Of a stretch of DNA of 64,000 nt, positions 59,803 through 64,000 are shown in pieces. Positions within the stretch are counted from its first letter, which is position 1. Each line of letters begins with the position of its first letter. The translations under genes and the position numbers were made by a program. Origin of the DNA: an uncultured Verrucomicrobiota bacterium (GTDB taxonomy: Bacteria; Verrucomicrobiota; Kiritimatiellia; JAAZAB01); contig CAYYWX010000007.1 in NCBI GenBank assembly GCA_964475405.1, positions 17,280 to 81,279 of the forward strand, read 5' to 3'. The notes beneath the pieces were generated by a model that was not told the origin of the DNA, did not search any database, and saw only the letters and a program-made list of their open reading frames with translations.

Positions 59803-61380
59803 ATGAAAAAGAGAAAGACGATAGGGTTTGGAACGGTTGTGGCGGCGCTCATCTTCCTGGGCGGAACGGGGCTACTCTACACGGGCGCGATCCGCGTGTA
59901 CAACTCCTACGCGTCACTCAACTGGCCCGAAACCAACGGCTCGGTTATATCGTCCAGTGTCACCGACCTCGGTAAGCGCAATAAAAACAACAACTTCACG
60001 CCTGAGATCATCTACGAATACTCGTCTGGCTCGCGGTCGTATGTGAACAGCCGGGTCAGATTCGTCCCGATCATTGTCTCCCGCGAAGCCGCCCTGGAGT
60101 TCGTGGCCAAGTACCCGCGCGGCAAGCGCGTCATTGTCCGATGCAACCCCTCGGACCCCGGCGTCGCGGTGCTTGAATCAGGCGCCTTCGCCAACACCTG
60201 GGTCAACGCGGTCATGGGTGCGGTCATCGTCGTCCTGGTTGTCGGCATCTGCAGCCTGTACTGGATAGTGAAGCAGGATGCCGGGAAGCCCCGGCCTCCC
60301 TGCGGAAAAGGCAAACCGAAGTCCCAACCGGAAACAGACGTGCTGAAACGGTCCCTTGTCGGTGAAATGGAGAATGACAGCCGGACCCGGAAGGGCACGC
60401 TTCGCAAGATATTGTGGATGGCATTGGCGTTAGCCGTTTTCTGGTGGCTCGGTTCCGGCGGCGAGACGACTCTGTTCCGGAAAGGTGTCGCGGTGCTGTT
60501 CGGGTGGCAGATCGATGTGGTGCTTGAATTGCTCGGGGCGGTAGCGGCGATCCTGCTCGGCATATCGGTTGTGGCCCTGGCCGCGCAGGTCATGACTGTC
60601 CCGCGCATGACGCCGCTCACTGATCCGGCGGACTGGACACCCACTCCCGCCCCGCGTGACGCCCTGGAGGCGGAGTTGCAGGTGCTGGGGTTCAGATTCA
60701 TCGGGGACTTTGATGCCAGAATGTTCGCCGCCACGTCAACACGGATCCGTGCCTATAACGATCCCAACCGGCTGCATGGGGCCATATTCATGGACGGTCA
60801 GTCCGGCAGCGAACGTGTCACCATCCTCGAGTTCTCAACCCGACTTCACCCGTCGGGGTGCATCATTACCAACACCAGTCAGTATCCCTCGATTGCGTCA
60901 TATCCGCCGGACAAGAGCGTCATCCGCGCCCCCTGGAAAAGGACCGCGGCGAAAGTCTTTGAGCTTCACCAGGCGCTCTGCCGTGCGGCCGCTGAAGAGG
61001 AGTTCACGGCGGAGCCCTTCTCCGTCGTCACGTTCGCCGAGGAGGTGATCAAGGCCACGCGCAAAGACATGGAATACCAGGTCGAGGCCGGCCGATACCG
61101 GAAGGTTGCCGAGGACCAATACCGTCAAACCCTGTTGGGTATTGTCATTGCCGTGCCCCGCTTATGGCTGAATATGACTTACTCTTTCCTGTTTTCCTGG
61201 TACAGGCCGCCCACATCATTTCTATGCTGGCGCCTCAGGCGGCGGCTGCGAAAATTAAAAGTGCAGATGAAAAAGGACAATGAAGATTCGGAATCGGATG
61301 CCGGGGATAACGATATGCCGGAACCCGCCTCGAAGCCGATCAGCGCCAAAGAGCACGAGGCTCCGTCAGTGAAGATGTAA
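59803..61380 (+). CDS. DUF3592-like membrane protein, extended (525 aa)
   Basis: Its N-terminus has the order TM, beta-rich segment (…NWPETNGSVISS…EIIYEYS…), TM, which is the DUF3592 arrangement. Additional TM segments and a soluble C-terminal half follow. Confidence 0.45.
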   Translation: MKKRKTIGFGTVVAALIFLGGTGLLYTGAIRVYNSYASLNWPETNGSVISSSVTDLGKRNKNNNFTPEIIYEYSSGSRSYVNSRVRFVPIIVSREAALEFVAKYPRGKRVIVRCNPSDPGVAVLESGAFANTWVNAVMGAVIVVLVVGICSLYWIVKQDAGKPRPPCGKGKPKSQPETDVLKRSLVGEMENDSRTRKGTLRKILWMALALAVFWWLGSGGETTLFRKGVAVLFGWQIDVVLELLGAVAAILLGISVVALAAQVMTVPRMTPLTDPADWTPTPAPRDALEAELQVLGFRFIGDFDARMFAATSTRIRAYNDPNRLHGAIFMDGQSGSERVTILEFSTRLHPSGCIITNTSQYPSIASYPPDKSVIRAPWKRTAAKVFELHQALCRAAAEEEFTAEPFSVVTFAEEVIKATRKDMEYQVEAGRYRKVAEDQYRQTLLGIVIAVPRLWLNMTYSFLFSWYRPPTSFLCWRLRRRLRKLKVQMKKDNEDSESDAGDNDMPEPASKPISAKEHEAPSVKM

Positions 61381-61599
61381 GCGCGCCTGGCGCCGACAAA
61401 CAGCAACGTGCTAACTACGTTCTTGTCCAGCATGAAGCAAGTATGGCGGAATGGCAGGAAGACTGTCGAGCCAAGCACCGGACGGTATTCGACAACCCGA
61501 GGACGGGTTGTCAAAACCGTCAATGTGAACAGGTAACTTCGTTGTGGCAAATGCCGGCAGATTTCCCGCCAGAACATGAAACGCCCAAGCGCTTTCAGA

Positions 61600-62319
61600 C
61601 TACACGTCTGCCGGGGCGGTAAAACAAAGGCCAGGCGCAACGTTGGTTTGCAAGTCACGCATAAATGGCAATTCGGCAATGATGCGCGTGTTTCCGAGCC
61701 GTTCAACCGTTTTCAAGTTGTCTTTTTCAATGACGGTTTTGCGGGTGGCGTCGGTATAATTTATCACAATGCCAATGACGTTCAATTTTGCCCGCCTGAG
61801 TTCCCGGAGAGTCAGCAGGGTGTGGTTGATCGTGCCCAGTCCGGGCCTCGCGACGAGGATGACCGGCAGGGCAAGCGCTTTCATGAGGTCAAGCATGGAG
61901 TATTTCCGGGAAAGCGGGGTCAGGATTCCGCCCGCGCCTTCCACGATCATGAAATCATGACGGTTTTTCAGGATCTTGAATGAATTGATTATTTTACACG
62001 GAACAATGGGCCGTTCTTCAATCCGAGCGGCAAGGTGGGGGGAGCAGGCCTTGATATAACGGCAGGGCGCCATGAGTTGCTTTTCCTTTTTCGAAGGGCG
62101 AATGCCCGCGAGGGCGCAGACCGTCGCCAGGTCGGGCGCAATCAGCTCCTTGCCCCGCCGGCGGCAGCCGGTCTGGACGGGTTTAAAGTAGGTCGCGGCG
62201 ATTCCGGACACCCTGAGGTCGCGGAGCATTAAGGCGGCGACGATCGTCTTGCCGACGCCCGTGTCTGTCCCGGTGATGAATACACCATTTGTTCGCAGGT
62301 TTTTCAAGAGATGGTCCAT
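61600..62319 (-). CDS. bioD: dethiobiotin synthetase
   Basis: The P-loop (ITGTDTGVGKT) and the KPVQTG motif are present. Confidence 0.85.
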   Translation of the reverse strand: MDHLLKNLRTNGVFITGTDTGVGKTIVAALMLRDLRVSGIAATYFKPVQTGCRRRGKELIAPDLATVCALAGIRPSKKEKQLMAPCRYIKACSPHLAARIEERPIVPCKIINSFKILKNRHDFMIVEGAGGILTPLSRKYSMLDLMKALALPVILVARPGLGTINHTLLTLRELRRAKLNVIGIVINYTDATRKTVIEKDNLKTVERLGNTRIIAELPFMRDLQTNVAPGLCFTAPADV

Positions 62320-62373
62320 CTGATTTTGTCATTCCCAAAATTGTTTTTTGTGCCAATCCTTGTAGGGGCCGCG

Positions 62374-62460
62374 CTAGCGCGTGCCCGCTCTTTCGTTTTT
62401 CGCCGCACACCGTGCGGCGCTACAGTTGTAGTGCGTCACAGTGTGACGCATTGTTTTCTA
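62374..62460. repeat. REP-like three-hairpin intergenic element, copy 2
   Basis: CTAGCGCGTGCCCGCTCTTTCGTTTTTCGCCGCACACCGTGCGGCGCTACAGTTGTAGTGCGTCACAGTGTGACGCATTGTTTTCT. Three consecutive perfect hairpins with stems of 8, 5 and 8 bp. Confidence 0.75.
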
Positions 62461-62545
62461 ATCCTTGTAGGGGCCGCGATCTTGTCCGCCATAGCTCCTT
62501 GCCTGCCATCCATAGCTCCTTGAGCGTCGGATGGAGCGACGGTGG

Positions 62546-62632
62546 CTAGCGCGTGCCCGCTCTTCCGTTTTTCGCCGCACACCGTGCGGCGCTACAGTTG
62601 TAGTGCGTCACGGTGTGACGCATTGTTTTCTT
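62546..62632. repeat. REP-like three-hairpin intergenic element, copy 3 (tandem with copy 2)
   Basis: It is near-identical to copy 2, with 2 substitutions. The two are separated by an 85-nt spacer containing AATCCTTGTAGGGGCCGCG, which is itself repeated at 62351, 62461 and 62658. Confidence 0.75.
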
Positions 62633-62654
62633 CGCTGTTCCGATAGTTAAGATA

Positions 62655-63476
62655 CTAATCCTTGTAGCCCGTTCTTTCGTTCCTCGCTGCCACGCAGTAA
62701 AAAACCCTGTAAGTGGCGTAAACGCCTTTCCGGCATTTATAATGCCTTGAATAATCGGCGATGAGCATGGAAAGCTCCGACCTGCTCAGCAAGGCGCCGC
62801 CGTTCGGGTTGTTGCCGCCGGTCAGGCCCTGGTCGTGCAATTGCCGCAGCATCGCCGAGGCGGACGAATATTCCTGCCGGATAGTTTCCGAATCATCTGC
62901 GCGAATTGTCAGGCCGGCCTTCTTGATCGCCTTGCGCACGTCCATCCCGGTGGGCAGTGTGACCCGGGAGGGTTTCAGCGGCGTGATCCGCCGGCGGGCC
63001 GAGTTCAGTTCTGAGAAAGTGCCGTGCAGCATGAGGGCAAATGCCATTTTGCCGTCTTTTGCCAGCATCCCGGCCAGTTTGCCGACTATCAGCTCCACGG
63101 GCGCGATCCAATGCAGGGAGCAGTTGCTGGCAATGAGCGGATATTTTCCACGCTCCTCGAGTTCGGAGGCGTCTTCCGCGATCCAGTTGATTTTTTTGTT
63201 TTCGCCCAGGTAGGCGCGGGCCTTCGCGGTCATGGCCGGCGAGATGTCAACGGCCGCGATATCGGCCGCCGGGAAGGCGCGCGCGAGCATTTCCGTGAAA
63301 AGTCCCGTCCCGCAGCCGATTTCAAGGATGCGCGCGGGGGCGGGGCGCGGGGCGATCAAGGTCATCAATTTTTTCGCGACCCGGCTTTGGATGTTTGCCA
63401 GCGAATGATAGGTTGCGGCCGCGGCCGAGAACCGCGCCGCTACGACCGAATGTGTTTTTTGTTCCGGTTTCGGCAT
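62655..63476 (-). CDS. bioC: malonyl-ACP O-methyltransferase (class I SAM methyltransferase)
   Basis: SAM motif I (ILEIGCGTGLFT) is present. It lies between bioD and a BioH-like hydrolase gene. Confidence 0.7.
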   Translation of the reverse strand: MPKPEQKTHSVVAARFSAAAATYHSLANIQSRVAKKLMTLIAPRPAPARILEIGCGTGLFTEMLARAFPAADIAAVDISPAMTAKARAYLGENKKINWIAEDASELEERGKYPLIASNCSLHWIAPVELIVGKLAGMLAKDGKMAFALMLHGTFSELNSARRRITPLKPSRVTLPTGMDVRKAIKKAGLTIRADDSETIRQEYSSASAMLRQLHDQGLTGGNNPNGGALLSRSELSMLIADYSRHYKCRKGVYATYRVFYCVAARNERTGYKD

Positions 63477-64000
63477 TCTTCCATGAATCCCATTATGTCC
63501 CTGGCAATGTCGCCCGGATTTTGCAACGGCAAGGCGTGGCCGTAGTTTGCATAAACGCGCATACCGGAGTTTGCGAGCATCTTCTGCAGCGCCAGTCCGG
63601 CCTCAACCGTGATGATGAGGTCCTGCCGGCCGTGAAGGATCAGCGCCGGAACATCCAGCCGCGCGGCGTCGCTCCGCAAATCCGTCTCAGAAAGATATTG
63701 CAGGCCGGCGGATAATTCAAGAGGATTCATGGCGCTGGCCCTTTCAATATTAAGCGCGATTGATTCCTCCAGCCTTTGCCAGGGCGTCCCGTGTTTTCCG
63801 GCCCCTGGCGCGGCCTGCCGCGTCTTCTCCTCAAACGTCAGGGCGACGTCCTTGAAAAAGGCGGCAAAAACGCCGCGCGGGTCGCGGCTTAACATCGAGG
63901 TCATGGCGCGCAACGCCCCGCCCGATACGCCCGGGGTCCAGTCCAGGTCCGCGCGGAATTTCGCCGTGGAAGAAATCATGACCAGGCCGGAGACCAGGTC
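63440..64000 (-). CDS. alpha/beta hydrolase (BioH-like pimeloyl-ACP methyl ester esterase), N-terminally truncated by the window end
   Basis: It has an alpha/beta-hydrolase C-terminal half with a catalytic His region (YANYGHALPLQ). The ORF runs to the window edge. Confidence 0.55.
   Translation of the reverse strand, partial: DLVSGLVMISSTAKFRADLDWTPGVSGGALRAMTSMLSRDPRGVFAAFFKDVALTFEEKTRQAAPGAGKHGTPWQRLEESIALNIERASAMNPLELSAGLQYLSETDLRSDAARLDVPALILHGRQDLIITVEAGLALQKMLANSGMRVYANYGHALPLQNPGDIARDIMGFMEECRNRNKKHIRS

Noticed and set aside
62340-62660. Possible CRISPR array (repeated ~87-nt units)
   Set aside because: There are only two or three copies. The units are far longer than CRISPR repeats, the spacer contains its own repeat, and no cas genes are nearby. 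It is interpreted as a REP-like structured element.

Overview
This is a 64 kb window of a high-GC (~60%) Gram-negative (diderm) chromosome with dense, mostly co-oriented genes. A lipid A ArnT-like transferase, LptF/G, LptB, LptA, KdsA, KdsB and a heptose kinase all point to a diderm. The 718-aa GreA-like factor and the overall gene set weakly suggest a PVC-superphylum organism (Verrucomicrobia, Lentisphaerae or Kiritimatiellae type); that is inference only.

The core backbone, in order:
- A 5'-truncated GH1 beta-glucosidase, a GLUG-motif lipoprotein and an ArnT-like GT83 transferase.
- A minus-strand block: metK-ahcY, then ptsI-ptsH-hprK-hpf-lptB-lptA-kdsA-kdsB-hldA, then a DUF3108-like gene, proC and yggS, then recR-ybaB-dnaX.
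- A PLP aminotransferase.
- A complete Pho regulon on the plus strand: phoB-phoR, a (TTCC)n microsatellite, a putative phosphate porin, pstS-pstC-pstA-pstB-pstB2 and phoU.
- A long Chlamydia-style GreA homolog, an HD hydrolase, a glycoside-hydrolase-like protein, and pyrK-pyrD.

Between pyrD (~42.1 kb) and bioA (~55.5 kb) lies a lower-GC accessory island:
- a REP-associated tyrosine transposase (RAYT) flanked by GT[AG]G-headed direct repeats;
- a 537-aa membrane-anchored hypothetical protein;
- an HTH-nucleotidyltransferase plus HEPN-like pair (toxin-antitoxin (TA)-like, with an Rx4YxY variant of the HepT motif);
- a 1039-aa secreted RCC1 plus FG-GAP repeat protein with near-identical internal DNA repeats;
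- a DUF234-type AAA ATPase;
- a five-gene operon, all minus-strand, led by an ECF sigma factor: ECF sigma, anti-sigma, a secreted protein, a CsgG/TolB-N-like lipoprotein and a secreted protein carrying a CsgG-like domain.

The biotin genes (bioH-bioC-bioD ... bioA, all minus-strand) are interrupted by a ~4.6 kb plus-strand cassette. It holds six uncharacterised lipoprotein/membrane genes, including a DUF3592-like protein.

Two families of small structured intergenic repeats are present:
- a three-hairpin REP-like element at 16.2 kb and twice in tandem at 62.4-62.6 kb;
- a short AGCCGGAAGTCAGCGGCCAG-type element at 6.7, 15.4 and 19.9 kb, one copy inside the recR C-terminal extension.

An orphan MNT antitoxin sits beside a decayed HepT remnant at 39.3-39.8 kb.

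No rRNA, tRNA or CRISPR array was recognised.
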